This document shows, one piece after another, positions 1 through 14,645 of a DNA stretch of 64,000 bases. Origin of the DNA: Eledone cirrhosa. Lineage: Eukaryota. The notes beneath the pieces were generated by a model. That model was not told the DNA's origin. It made no database searches and saw nothing but the letters and a program-made list of their open reading frames with translations. Both the position numbers and the translations under genes were made by a program. Where the stretch lies: contig OZ024753.1 of NCBI GenBank assembly GCA_964016885.1, positions 5,642,001 through 5,706,000 on the forward strand, written 5' to 3'. Position 1 is the stretch's first letter, and every line of letters begins with the position of its first letter.

Positions 1-369
1 TACATACAACTATGGATGCGCGTGAAAGCATGTATAATATATATTTTTTACTCCATTTTGACAATTCTTTAGACAAGATTGCAGATTACACGCCAATACA
101 TACAACGTCTACATTCCACGAGTTTAGAACTTTTTTTTTTTCTTTCGACATTTACGAAAACATCTCCAAATAAGTTGAAGTAACATATCATACGTGAAAG
201 ATTTCCATATTTTTCTCTTGTCATCCCACCTGTCTCGATATCATCTCAAAAGACTATGACTGCATGACGACTTTAATGATTTATAGAAATATTTCTCAGT
301 TAAAGAAAAACCGAAAAATAATACATATCAAAAATGTGATACAATAAAATGCAAAACACAAATAACAGG

Positions 370-446
370 AAATATGATGATAATAACAATGACAATAATA
401 ATAATAATGATGATGATAATAATAAATAATAATAACAATAATAATC

Positions 447-486
<40 letters not shown>

Positions 487-697
487 TAATAAAAATAATA
501 AATAATAAATAATAATAATAATAATAATAATAATGATAATAAAAATAATAAATAATAAATAATAATAATAATAATAATAATAATGATAATAAAAATAATG
601 ATGATAATGATGATGATGATGATGATGATGATAGTAATGGTGATGATGCTGATGATAATAATCTGGAAGGAATGCTGTCGGAGAGTACGTGCATGAC

Positions 698-736
<39 letters not shown>

Positions 737-751
737 AATGGTAATAATGAA

Positions 752-787
<36 letters not shown>

Positions 788-856
788 AATAATAATAATA
801 ATGATAATAATGATAATGATAATAACAACAACAACAACACCAACAACAATAATAAT
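370..856. repeat. (AAT)n/(GAT)n/(AAC)n trinucleotide microsatellite complex
   Basis: Directly visible; explains the poly-I/H/D/N ORFs. Confidence 0.95.
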
Positions 857-1688
857 AGAGAAGTGAAATGTGCGTTAATGTAAAAAAAATAATGAAATAT
901 GTTGGCATGTTATCTACACAAGTGAGATTATTGTTGTTATTATTGTTATTATTGGTTTTATTATTATATTTATGAAATGAATAAGAGACACGTGAAAACT
1001 TTCATTTCCTACAATTCGGAGGAAAACGTCTCGGAATCATACACAAAAGTTACAAGATTATTTGAAAAAATTATTTTACGCTATTTTTATACACACACAC
1101 ACGTACATACACACAAATACACACATACATGCACACATGCACACATACGCACACATACGCACACATACAAACATCACTCACACACAAACACACATGCACA
1201 CACACGTGCACACAGAGATACACACAAAACTCAAAGCAAAATTGTGCACACATACATGCATACATACATACAGGTGCACATGCAAACGCATGCACACACA
1301 CGTATGTATTTATGTACACATGTCTGCCTGTCTGTCTGTCTGTATGTGTATATATATATAAACATATGTATACATGCAATATATATATATATATATATAT
1401 ATACTATAAAGTATGTCTATAGAATCATTTGATAATATATATATACACCATTTCCTCTCCCAATTAGCATAATCAACCACACAAAAAATCAATTAAACCA
1501 GGCTATAAGATTAAAAGGCACCTATGAAGAAATAGTAGATAAATAAACGGCAGCCATTTATTCGCGATCAACCGCTATAGAATATTTACCCAACATTTCA
1601 ACAGCACGTGGAAATCGATTAAATATACCGTCAACCATACACAATTAGGTATAAAATTAAAGTTAGAAGAAAAAATGCATATACACTT

Positions 1689-1783
<95 letters not shown>

Positions 1784-1831
1784 ATACATACATACACATA
1801 TATATGTATATATGTGGAATACCTATATGCA

Positions 1832-2600
1832 GTTATACGGTTGGATGCTGCCACACTCCGATAATGTTAAACGTTTTAGTCAAAAATATAAGTAGAAACA
1901 TTTCCAATTTCTCATTTAGCAGGAATATATTTAACAAAGTGGTGCCTTCTTTACAATAATTCCCTAGCAGCAGGAGGACTTAAGGAAAAATCAGTTACAC
2001 CACTAGGCCAACAATGCCGAAGCACTGGTTCACAACCACACTTCTCGTTGAACGTCAAACCCAATATAAGCAGACACTTTCTAGTTCTAATAGTCAAACA
2101 TGTCCTCACTAACCCTATATCTATGAAGCTACTTAAATTCAGTTTTAGCTCCATGTCCGATTTCAAAAGCATAGTTACTAATAAACTCCCACTGCCTAAC
2201 CTAGGTGTAGTCTGACATGCCCACTAGATGGGGCCTGTAAAACAGTGTTTATAATCTATGAGGCAAATCTCAACAAATTTAGATCTCACTCCTAAATTCA
2301 AGCGATGTGTCTAAATTACGGAACGTAAACTGACGATAGTAGAAATATGCAGGCCCTATGTTAACTGAACCAGAAAATGCTTTAATAGTAGAAATGAATT
2401 ATGCAAACCCTGCCCACACATTGCAAAATTTGTTTTTCGTTTCTGGTCACCACGTGACCTGAGAGCCACAGTATACCAGGAGTGCCCTACTTCACATCCA
2501 CCTGATAACTACTACAACAGCGGTTATATGACCGAATGACGGTCTTACAGCCAGGCAGCCAGTAAAATTGACTGGATATAGAATAGGGAGAAATGACCTT
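1832..2600 (+). mobile_element. Degenerate Penelope-like retroelement (PLE) 3' part: RT thumb, linker, C-terminal endonuclease region and 3' UTR
   Basis: Frameshifted translations: [33 protein letters not shown]; WF(N)PHFSLNVKPNISRHFLVLIVKH (from 2026); KFSFSSMSDFKSIVTN; CPLDGAC (2218-2238); NSRNELCKPCPHIAKF (from 2384). These match, in order, recalled PLE motifs (SNHPP..., WFNPP.S.NV.TNIG..FL.LIDKH, K.SYSCM, CPL.G.C, LN.R.EL...C.H). Preceded by (TA)n. Confidence 0.8.
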
Positions 2601-3480
2601 CTGTATGTCATACTGAAATCTATATCAGAATATATCTAAGGTCGCCAGAGGCATCTTGCTTTACCCTGTATACAGATTGCACTGTATATCTGAGATCCCT
2701 AAATTGCCATTCTTTCCCAATTGTACAAATCCATTAGGAATTTTGACATGGCGGAAAATATAAAAATGAGGCATAACCATCCTAAAGATTGCAATCTTTA
2801 CAATATTGCCCGATCACTGAATATAACTCAATGATTTCCATCAAATATATATTTTCAAAATATTTAATAGTCACTGAAAATAAGAACACATCTTAACAGA
2901 TGGGTATAATAGCATTCATATCAGATATAACGAAATATTATTTAGAAATAGATTTAATAGCATTCATATCAGATGTAAAGGAACATTATTAAGAGAAGCA
3001 TGTAGTAGTATTCATATCAGATACAATGAAACGTCAGATGTATAAACTAAAATAATAGGTATCAACGCCTATTTACATCTACATTTTATTTAACATATAT
3101 AGCGACACAGAAACCGACTGATGCATAAGACTATTTAAAATTATTTCTTTCAAAATTCTTGCTACACCCACTGTATGAAGACAAGCCATTTTAGAAATAA
3201 TTATTAAGTTTTTAAAAGCTACTTTAATTGCGTTATGGAAACTAAACTATATATCACAAAATGAATGTGTTTAATATTATTTCACATATATCCTATGATA
3301 CAAAAGCAATAATTTATCATGTTAATACACGATCTTAACTTCGCGCAAATCTAAAAAATCTACCCCATAAAAGAAAACAAAAACAAACAGAAATATGTAT
3401 TTTACGTCGAGCAGCTTCGGCGTAGACAATGAGTCAATTGTGAAAAGGACAGTTTGCCTATATATTTGTCTGCATACTTG

Positions 3481-3589
<109 letters not shown>

Positions 3590-4046
3590 ACACACACACA
3601 CACATATATATATATGTATATTTGTCTATCTTATTTTATCATTTCCAAGACTCCTATTATTTTCGTGGATTATTTGTTTTCAATTTCCCCATTTCGGATA
3701 TCTATATTTCCCGTTTTCTTTTAATAATAGGATAGAATTTTCATTTCATACGAAGATATATTGTCATCCACTGGAAGTGATAAAGTATTAAGAGAATTGT
3801 ATGAGATTGAAGCATTTAACTATACTTGTTTACTTCTTTGTGTTTTCCACATTTTTTATTTGCTAGGGTTTACGTTTTTCTACATGACAAGTCTAAACAC
3901 GATACATACTTTCCTTTCTATCTTCAGAAGTTGACACAAAAGTTAGTCACTTTATCTTGATGATATTCCTGCAGGAGTTTGTTTCAATCTAGAATGCCTA
4001 TGGTTTCCTTGATAAGTCTATATTTTTGCTGTTTTGAATATATTAA

Positions 4047-4160
4047 GAGTTCAAATCCCGCCAAGGTTAACTTTGCCTTTTATCCTTACGGGGTCGATAA
4101 AAATAAAGCACCAGTAATGCACTGGGGGTAATTGCTGGCCTTGTGCCAAAAGTAGAAACA
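4047..4160 (+). mobile_element. tRNA-derived SINE (main family), 5'-truncated
   Basis: B-box GTTCAAATCC followed by ctttgcctt(tc)atccttacggggtcgataaaataaag and tail ggccttgtgcc..agtagaaac; recurs more than 10 times in the window. Confidence 0.85.
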
Positions 4161-5362
4161 TTATTACATTAAACCAAAAAGTATGAATAACCAGGGACAC
4201 AGGATGGTAGCGTCATCATACAAAGACGCGCCATATTATCCAGGATTACTTTATCTAACGTATTCACTCAGTGAATCTAGTAAACATATTCTTTCAATGA
4301 GGTTTGGTTGTTAATTCTTACAGAAAGCTTGGCTGCATATAAGCAAGCGTTAATATTATCACGAGGTGTGGTTCCTCATTATAGGTTACAGACTCTCTTT
4401 ATACATTTGATGATTATTTAATAGATGTTAAGATTTAAAATTCATTTAACACCATGTCTAAACCTCATTCAAAGAAACGGAAGTGTTGTAAAAGAATCAC
4501 GAATAAAGGAAACCTTGAAGCTGCCTAAAAAAGGTTGAGTGTGCTGTGGAAAAATCTATTATCTTTATATTAATAAGATATTAACCCCGGGGACTGTCTG
4601 AAATAGTTAAATTGTAATACACTGCGACACACTTATTCAGAGATTTGTTGTAACTTAGGGGACCTGAAGAATATTCTGCTACGTCTAAAAGATAAATAAT
4701 AACATCAACGACAACCGCAATAATCAAAATTTAAATAAGGGATACAAAATGATACGAAACACAAACATATGATTACCTTCCAAACCTTTCTTTTCAGGTC
4801 GCCTCTATGAGACAAATCAGCCTGGCGGGTAACACATTCATTCTTCTATAGTGTGAATATCAATTTCTGTATCTATTGAAACTCTCGTTATATTTAAAGT
4901 ACTTCTACTGCTTACATCAGTGCGCTAGACTATATGCTCTTTTATTCTGTTATAAGATTCAGTCATTAGACTGTCACCCTTATGATATGACGTGCAGCCT
5001 TGAAAGGACTTAGTCAATCACCTCCACTCAGATCCTACTATTTTCAAGTTTGGTATTTAATTTACCAGTCCACTAAAGTAGAATACAGACACAAACACAC
5101 ACATACACACACAGACATACACACATATATATGTTATATATAATTCAGTAAAAACAAAGATTAATATTGTTATTGTTTATTTATACATAAAAATAATTTT
5201 TTTCGGATTAGGAAAAAAAAAAAAAAAAAATTTTTCCTAATCCGAAAAAAATTCTTTTGGGATTTTGTGAAGAAAATAAATTTGTTGAAAGCACAAGTGA
5301 AGCCATTTTTTTCTTCCCCCCTGTCTTAATATACCTAACTGTACCAAGGATTACACACATTT

Positions 5363-5403
<41 letters not shown>

Positions 5404-5597
5404 GAAGTTATATTTAATTTGTTGGGATTCAACAAGCTTAAACGTTTTATAACTGATATAAAGCACTCAACAGTATACTGGAGTAAATATTCAATATATA
5501 TATATATATATATATGATGGTTGGAAAATCACTGACGAAGGACTATTTTTATCATATGTAACCTATGTGCAACCACGCAGTATTCTTCTTTCTTCTC

Positions 5598-5662
<65 letters not shown>

Positions 5663-5668
<6 letters not shown>

Positions 5669-6103
5669 GTCAAACATGTAAAATTTGGGTTCGTTTATTA
5701 TGATTGTTTGCTATATATGTTTCAGTGACAGCCATTATTGGCTGTGACCTCATCAGGCGGTACGAATTAATGTAGAAAAGACAGGTAGACATGGTGTTGA
5801 AATATGATTCCAGTTCCTTGGAGGACTAACAACACATACAGGAGCTGGACATATCGATGAATTGAGTGGAACACATTTCAACACCACGTTTTTTCTACAT
5901 TAATTCGTACTGCCTGATGAGGTCACAGCCAATAATGGTTGTCACTGAAATATATATAACAGAGAATCATAATAAACGGAGCCTATTTTAACATGTTTGA
6001 CTTACTTATTTTACATTACTCCGGAGTAAACAAACCAACCTGTGTACTTCGTCGAGTGCTCCAACCTACATACTGAGGTATCGGTAAACAACCAATACGT
6101 ACT

Positions 6104-6106
<3 letters not shown>
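5663..6106. mobile_element. (TA)n-embedded fold-back element A with hammerhead motif in both arms
   Basis: Diverged inverted arms ~5663-5811 and ~5867-6004, flanked by (TA)n. Confidence 0.85.
5903..5967 (+). ncRNA. Type I hammerhead ribozyme motif (mirror copy 5703-5767 on -)
   Basis: attc-gta-ctgc CTGATGA ggtcacagcca-ataa-tggttgtcact GAAA tatatata (g/a)cag-a-gaat; AATAAA follows at 5971. Confidence 0.75.
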
Positions 6107-6150
<44 letters not shown>

Positions 6151-6222
6151 TTAATTATGCTAATTGGGAGAGGAAATGGTGTATATATATATTATCAAAT
6201 GATTCTATGGACATACTTTATA

Positions 6223-6291
<69 letters not shown>

Positions 6292-6461
6292 TATGCTTGT
6301 ATATATATATGTATATATATATATATGCCTATACACCCACACAGAAATATAATATATATATAATCCGAAACCACTTGGCGCCGTCATCGGAATTTTACAT
6401 ATCTCTCCATATATATATATATGTGTATGTGTGTCTGTATTTTATATATATATATATATAT

Positions 6462-6745
6462 ATATTGTTATACTTTGGGAGGGTCATGTTGCCAATAACA
6501 AACACACGCACCAGTTGCTTTCACTTCAATTTATTATAAATTAAATTTATAAATTTAAGAATTTATAAATTTCCGGTTGGTTGGTTGGTTCCACAACCAG
6601 ACGATTGTTCATATATCATAATTTATAATAAATTGAAGTGAAAGTAACTGTTTCTTATTGGCAACATGACCCTCCCAAAGTATAACAATATCGGTTTCAG
6701 CACACGTTTTCAGATAAAGAATGTTGCTAAACAAATTCAGAAACG

Positions 6746-6748
<3 letters not shown>
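6462..6748. mobile_element. (TA)n-embedded fold-back element C (same family as 29271-29747)
   Basis: Inverted arms 6462-6542 and 6620-6691; sequence shared with 29271-29381. Confidence 0.8.
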
Positions 6749-6795
<47 letters not shown>

Positions 6796-7417
6796 TCACA
6801 CACTCACAAAGAACCAAACATATAGGAAAACAGAGCAAAGCAAAACTAAAACTTCAATTTCAACAAATCATTCGACTCCAACCCTCCAGGCACACTTCCA
6901 CCACAACCCCAGTTCCACCCCTGCCCTAAAAAAACACACAAAAGCAGTACTAAAATTCAGAATAAAATCAAAAGCAAAGAAAAAACAAAAAATGCATAAA
7001 TATTCCAAACCAGAACCAAACTGTTGCTAAGCAATAAATACGTTCGTTGTTTATATGTATTTTTAGGTTTTATTTTCATCTTATTGTAAGCCAGCATTGA
7101 TAGATGTGTAAAATTCCCAAACAAACAAACATAATATATATAAACAAAAACAAAATGTCCGAGTTGTAATTTTTCTTTGTGTCTTCCATTGTAAGCGTAG
7201 TTGTTGACGTATCATTTGACTGGTGCCACCAAGAACAATAGTTTCATCTGATTCGTCCGATTTGCTCTGATATTTCTACGATTTCGTTTGATTAAGATGG
7301 TTCTCGTGAAATTTACTTTCTGAAACTCCCTAGTCACTATTTCTATTTATAACACCCCCTCCCCATCCCTATCTACATTACATATACATACGTACATCTT
7401 ACATGCTTTCATTATTT

Positions 7418-7530
7418 CTGAGTTCAAATCCCACCAAGGTTAACTTTGCCTTTCATCCTTACGGGGTCGATAAAATAAAGTACCAGTAATGCACTGGGTA
7501 ATTGCTGGCCTTGTGCCTAACGTAGAAACA
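7418..7530 (+). mobile_element. tRNA-derived SINE copy
   Basis: Same B-box, core and tail as 4047-4160. Confidence 0.85.
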
Positions 7531-7543
7531 ATTATATATATAT

Positions 7544-7680
<137 letters not shown>

Positions 7681-7768
7681 GCACAGAAATACTCAAGCAA
7701 CACATATATCCAGCCATATTAACAAGCACAAGCACATCTCCTTCTCACCCGCTATTTCTCTCTCTCTT

Positions 7769-7887
<119 letters not shown>

Positions 7888-8859
7888 TTATATATATGTG
7901 TAATATATATATATATACATACACACACACAAACACATAGACACACACATATATATATACATATATATATTTACACATACATATTTACACATACTCAGAC
8001 ATCCATATATAAATAACATACTTAACATACGCCTTTATTTACACATAAAATATCATATATACGCCTACGATAGACAATTGTTAGCATTGCTCTTTTCATA
8101 GTAACACAAATAACATTTCAATCTATACAACATCAAGTATTTATTTCACTGGTAGCTTCTATTTAACCCTTTAGAATAATATACGTTGACCCTGATCTTT
8201 CTCTTTCAATATTCTTCCATTTACAATACAATTTAAAAAGGTTTCATACAAAATCAATGTCGAGTAGAATTTCATTGAGAGAATTTGGTGGTCACATGAC
8301 GTACGGCCATTACAACGACAATAAATTGATACTTAAAATAACTAAAATCAGGACATTACAGATACACACTATACGCGTATGTATATATGTATATATGTAT
8401 GTATATATTTATGTATGTATACATATATATATAAATATATGCATGTATATATGTATGTATGTATACGTGTATGCATGTTTATATGTATGTATGTATACGT
8501 GTATGTATGTATATATGTATATATATATGTATGTATATATGCATATATGTATATATAGGTGTATGTATGTATGTATGTATGTATGTATGTATGTATATAC
8601 GCACATACACATATATATATGTGTATGTATGCATGTATGTATACAAGCACATATGTATATATAGGTGTATGTATGTATGTATGTATGTATGTATATACGC
8701 ACATACACATATATGTGTGTATGTATGCATGTATGTATACAAGCATATATATGTATATATAGGTGTATGTATGTATGTATGTATATACGCACATACACAC
8801 ATATATATGTGTATGTATGCATGTATGTATGTATCTATGTAACACATATGTGCAACTAC

Positions 8860-8925
8860 CAGTCCGTAGAAAGATTGTTCGGCATGAAGTCGGTCCGTGG
8901 TATAAAAAAAGGTTGGAGACCACTG
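8860..8925. mobile_element. hAT/Charlie-type MITE terminus
   Basis: Ends aaaaaaaggttggagaccactg, the reverse complement of a CAGTGGTyyCCAACC-type TIR; partner end not seen. Confidence 0.5.
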
Positions 8926-9554
8926 TTCTATGGTACAAGATTTGAGCCTATTTCTTTAGGATGTCTCGTAGTGATCTGCTAAATGAAATCTTCATTGAGC
9001 TACTTTTTCTAAAGATAATAAAATGTTGAAGCAGAATATCATTTGAAGGATACAACAATGCAAAATGGATGATATATTTTGGAATAAGTTAAAGGCAACG
9101 AATATGTTGGTGTGTCACCTGTTATTTTATTTACTTGTGCTATTTTGCATTGCCGTAGCCATCGAGTAACATACTGCCTTATACACTAACACAATGCTTC
9201 AAGCGAACGACAATACCCTGTTAATAAAATGTTAATTACCTGTAAGTATTATATGTGTCAGCTTGAGAAAATATTATAATAGATAGTATTGGGATAAAGG
9301 AGAATGATTGATAAGCCTAGAATATTGCTTTAAAAGTGATAGAAATATAAATCTTTTGTGAGAGGCTATCAGCGTTCGTTAAATGGAAGGAATTGTCTAA
9401 CCCTAGTTCCCTTGAATAATGTTTAATATAATTAGAACCCTAGATGCACAGAACATATATTATTCATCGTAGTTGTATTGAAACACACATACACATACAC
9501 TCATACCCACACTCATGCACACCTATACATTCACAGACACATATAGCACAAAAG

Positions 9555-9590
<36 letters not shown>

Positions 9591-9597
<7 letters not shown>

Positions 9598-10203
9598 GAG
9601 AAGAAAGAGGAATACTGCGTGGTTGCACATGGGTTACATATTATAAAATTAGTCCCTCGTCAGTGATTTGCCAACCATCATTGGTATTTCATCGCATTAA
9701 AAATCATATACCTCAGGTTGGTGCGAGCAATAACTAACAAAAGCTATTGGGACAAGTGGGTCGCGTAAAGCGAGTGAGACAAGTAAACAACATAGAAGGA
9801 TAAAAGCAAACCGAAGATAGGAAAAAAAAAAACAAGCAACATGGTTATCCGGTCAGCATAATCTGGGTGAATTTCATGAGCGTTCAGAATACAGACCGTC
9901 CGACGTGAGTTAGATGTGAGCAAGAAAGGACCTCACTACCAACGAAACGGGAGGAAGTGAGAAGGGGAGAAACAGAGAGTGAGTGAGTGGAAGTGCGAGG
10001 AAGAGGTCAGTCGAGAGAAAGTGTAACTGACAGAGGGGGCGAAAGAAGGTGAGAGAAACAGAGAGAACGGGGGAGCAGTAAGAGAGAAAGAGAGAAACAG
10101 ACAAACGCAGCCGAGGTAAATATGTATAAAAAACATGAGAAGAAAGAGGAATACTGCGTGGTTGCACATGGGTTACATATTATAAAATTAGTCCCTCGTC
10201 AGT
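9591..10203 (-). mobile_element. (TA)n-embedded element with ~73-bp terminal direct repeats
   Basis: 9591-9664 equals 10130-10203 (aaaacatgagaag...ccctcgtcagt); an inverted solo copy lies at 5515-5604. Confidence 0.8.
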
Positions 10204-10719
10204 ATATATAGATATAGATATAGATATATAGATATATAGATAGGTAGATAGATACATATATATTCATATCATATATATGGCGTATATATAGAGAGAACGA
10301 TAGGGATAAATAGAGAGAGAAGGGGGGAAGGGAGGGAGATCGTGTAGGGGGAGAGATAGTCACAGCAGAGGCAACAAACACGAGAAATGACAAGAGTAAG
10401 AACTATCATTCTGCAAGTTGAAGTAGATTCCATACCCGATATGTAGATGGCATACTGCCAGAAAGTTCTTTCTTGTAAATTCCATATATTTCCTCTTATT
10501 TGCTTCTATATTTTTTATGCCTCCTCTTTTTCCTTTGTTTTTCATTATTGCTATTATTTCCTTGCTAAATCAGCCATTTTTTTTCTCTCCATACATTTCG
10601 CAGAACAAATTATAGTCGGCCATAAAAAAATACGCACACACGTCTGCACACATACACAGACACATGTATGCATATATGTATGTGTGTCTCTCACTCACAA
10701 ATTCACTCTCTATGTGTAT

Positions 10720-10811
<92 letters not shown>

Positions 10812-10859
10812 CATATATATATATATATACATAAATAAATATTTATATATTTATGTATG

Positions 10860-10891
<32 letters not shown>

Positions 10892-10912
10892 CATATATAT
10901 ATGTATATATGG

Positions 10913-10984
<72 letters not shown>

Positions 10985-12167
10985 CATATATATATACACA
11001 TACACACATATATATATATATATATACACGCATATATATATATGTGTTTATCGTGTCTGTATCTATGTGTCTGCGTGTGTGTAAATAACCTAAAAATTAA
11101 AGCATGTAAAAATATAACATAGTTTAGGAGAAACAGTTATTATAGGTTTCAGCAAAACTTGCAATAAATTGATGAGTTTTGCTTTTAGATCGCCATTACT
11201 TTCAACAATTCTGTTATTTCCAATATGTATTCTCTCAGTCTTAATAAAACAATAGACATTTTAATATCCCTAGACACAAAATTATTGAATATGCTTAAAA
11301 TATTATCATCTTTTCTAGTGAGTTCAAACTCGCTAAAGGGTTTTCAGTCTTTTTTTTTCTCAGGAGGATATTTTATTTTCAGTGGCCCCGTTGTCATAGT
11401 CGTTGGAAATAAAGTACATTTTCTAGTTCTGTTGGCTATATTTAAAGACGCTTTGCCTATACAGATAATGACACGAACATGTTCTACAAAAAGCATCTTA
11501 ATACGTCCCTCCAAATGATTGAAATCTACGCCATAGTGCTCAATAAAATATTTCAACTGAACTAAGGATTCAATACCATATCTAAAACAGATGTGGGGAA
11601 TACATTAGCGTTTTGTTATTGAATCGTGTCCAATGGCAGAATCTAAATAAATGCGACTGAAAGTATATTGAAATACAGTGGTAAGATACTAGGGATATAT
11701 CTATACATATGAAAGAGAGACGTTTTTTGGTTGGTTCCTTCGAGCATGACACAGAAACAGCAATGTAAGTACAGCTATGGAATAAGGGTATACCCAAGAA
11801 GGTTTATTGATACTAATTTTATAAAATCATAGAAGAAAAACCTCTCGAGTGTTATTTATAGTAGGTTCCTGATTGTTATTTATAGTAGGTTGGGAACCAA
11901 CCACGAGATTCTCTCTGCGCGTTCGTTATCAATGATGATCATGTTTTGCGATCAGCATCTCCGATTCGAGCGCTGGTTTACACACACGCACATACACACA
12001 CGCACAGACACACACCCACATACACATTTATGTATATATATATCTATATCTATATCTTTAATTCTTGATGATTGCCTCCAAGAATAGTGACCTTCTAGGG
12101 GATGGTCCATCTTTCGCTTAACTGTTTGTCCACGTCACACGACATCAGAGCCTTTGCAAGGCCATCA

Positions 12168-12220
<53 letters not shown>

Positions 12221-12339
12221 GCGCGCGCACGCGCACACACACACCAGTCACACCTCGTACTGTAAACAAAATAACGCATCCAATTCAGTCGTTTCCTCTT
12301 ATCATCTGTTTACCCGGGCCAAGTTGGGTACGTCAGCTA

Positions 12340-12415
<76 letters not shown>

Positions 12416-12981
12416 GCAGGCATGCATAATGTTTGTGAAACGATAAAATTCGTATCCCGTAATTTTTGCCGCGTCTCTCATTTTCATTCTCATTTATTAA
12501 GGTTCACTATCGACTTTCTACAATAATTCATTCAAGATGCCCACCTTCATTAATTCTCTTTGAGCTCAAGTTTTTATACCAGGTGCCAATTTGAAAATGT
12601 TCACGTGGCCATTAACTCAACCGTAACCATGTCGCCATTCATGAAAGGCATGTGAAAATCACAGATATTGGCTTTTCCAGTATTTGAAATTATATAAAAT
12701 AAACTATGCGACTCATTATATTTAAGTCGGTAGTGAATGTCTCTAAATCTGTATTGTCGCAGAACACGCATTAATCATCATTCCTGTGAATGGTGGGAGT
12801 CGGGAGGAGAATGATAGATCACCGTATTCAACTCATTTGAGTTATTATCTGTTCTTTATATATCTATAGCTGGACGGCAAATTGGCACAGTCGTTAGAAC
12901 ATCGGATAAAATGCTTTGCGGTATTTATTTCAACTCTCTCCTCACAAGTTCAGATCCCACCGAGTGAACTTTGTTTACATA

Positions 12982-13019
<38 letters not shown>

Positions 13020-13298
13020 TATCAAAGATAAACAGAGATTTCAACGTAAGAATGTAAGAATGTAAGAGGGGAGCAAAATTGGAAACGAATCTTCATAAGA
13101 TTAAGCGACTGAAGATTTGGTCAAAATTTTGGCCCCTCTTATAATCTGAAGATATGGTCAATATTGGGTCTTGAACCTAAGATAACCCTTTTGAAGAGGA
13201 ATATATAATGTATCAGCTCTCATCTCTGATTGAGCAGCGTTTTATTTTGTTCTCTTTTCACACCTACGGATATTTTCTGCATATACATATAAATACAT

Positions 13299-13413
<115 letters not shown>

Positions 13414-13524
13414 GCACGAATGACTCCCCTAACTCCTGAGGGTGTCGTTGGGGCGTCGTATTGACTGACATGCAGAGTATCTAGGGCGAATTTTAAACCT
13501 GGCGGAGCCGATCATATATATACA

Positions 13525-13610
<86 letters not shown>

Positions 13611-13905
13611 TATATATATATATGTGTGTATGTATGTATAAATCTATACGTATGCATGCATTTAAAAAAATCAGAAATATTTTTATTAGAATTTCGATAA
13701 TGTTAAACTAATGTGAAAATAATTCAATTAATGTCGAAGAAGAATCGTTCACATTCGAATATATAACATCTAACTGTCTTTGTGAGTGTGTGGCAATGCC
13801 TGTGAGTGTGTGTCTGTGTGTTTGATTGTATATATACATATATATATATTTATATATTTATATATGTGTTTGTGTGTGTAAATGTATCTATCTATCAATC
13901 TTTCG

Positions 13906-13937
<32 letters not shown>

Positions 13938-13998
13938 ATATATATACATATATACATATACGTGGGTGTGTGAATATATCTATCACACACATATATAT

Positions 13999-14034
<36 letters not shown>

Positions 14035-14562
14035 CAATATTTTTGTCATAAAACATTTTCAACATAACGAAATAAACAGAAAATACTTTATTCTTTGAAA
14101 AAACAGAAAAGGATTAAACATTTTATGTCGAGTTTAGTTTATTCGCCCTAGTACCTTTCCTTTATTTTCTTTTTTCTATTTGACCTAACGTATATTCCCC
14201 ACAGGGGGATACTTCTTACTTCGTATCCAGTTCCATTATTTCACTTTTTTTAAAATTAAATTTGTAGTAAGAGAATACGATAATTTCATACACGTGGAGG
14301 TTATATTCGATTAAATAAACCCCAATGTTTGAATACTACTTACAGTCACCGCGGTAGGATTTTGAAAAACACAAAAGGAAAAAAATGAATCTATTCTGAA
14401 ATAAATAGTACATGAGACCGGGCGAGAGAATAGGACTTAAATGGAAAAATAAAGATAGAATAAGAGAGAGAGAGACAGAGAGAGAGATAGTAGAAAAGAA
14501 AGAGAGAAAGAGATAGGGAGAGAGATAAAAAGAGATAGAGATAGAGAGAGAGAGAAAGAGAA

Positions 14563-14645
<83 letters not shown>

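Noticed and set aside
296-1432. Long low-complexity ORFs (poly-H/I/D, HT repeats)
   Set aside because: Translations of microsatellites; the same applies to the YI/CV/HT ORFs throughout the window.
2330-2350. CTGACGA...GAAA
   Set aside because: No stem II or stem I; lies in the decayed PLE coding region.
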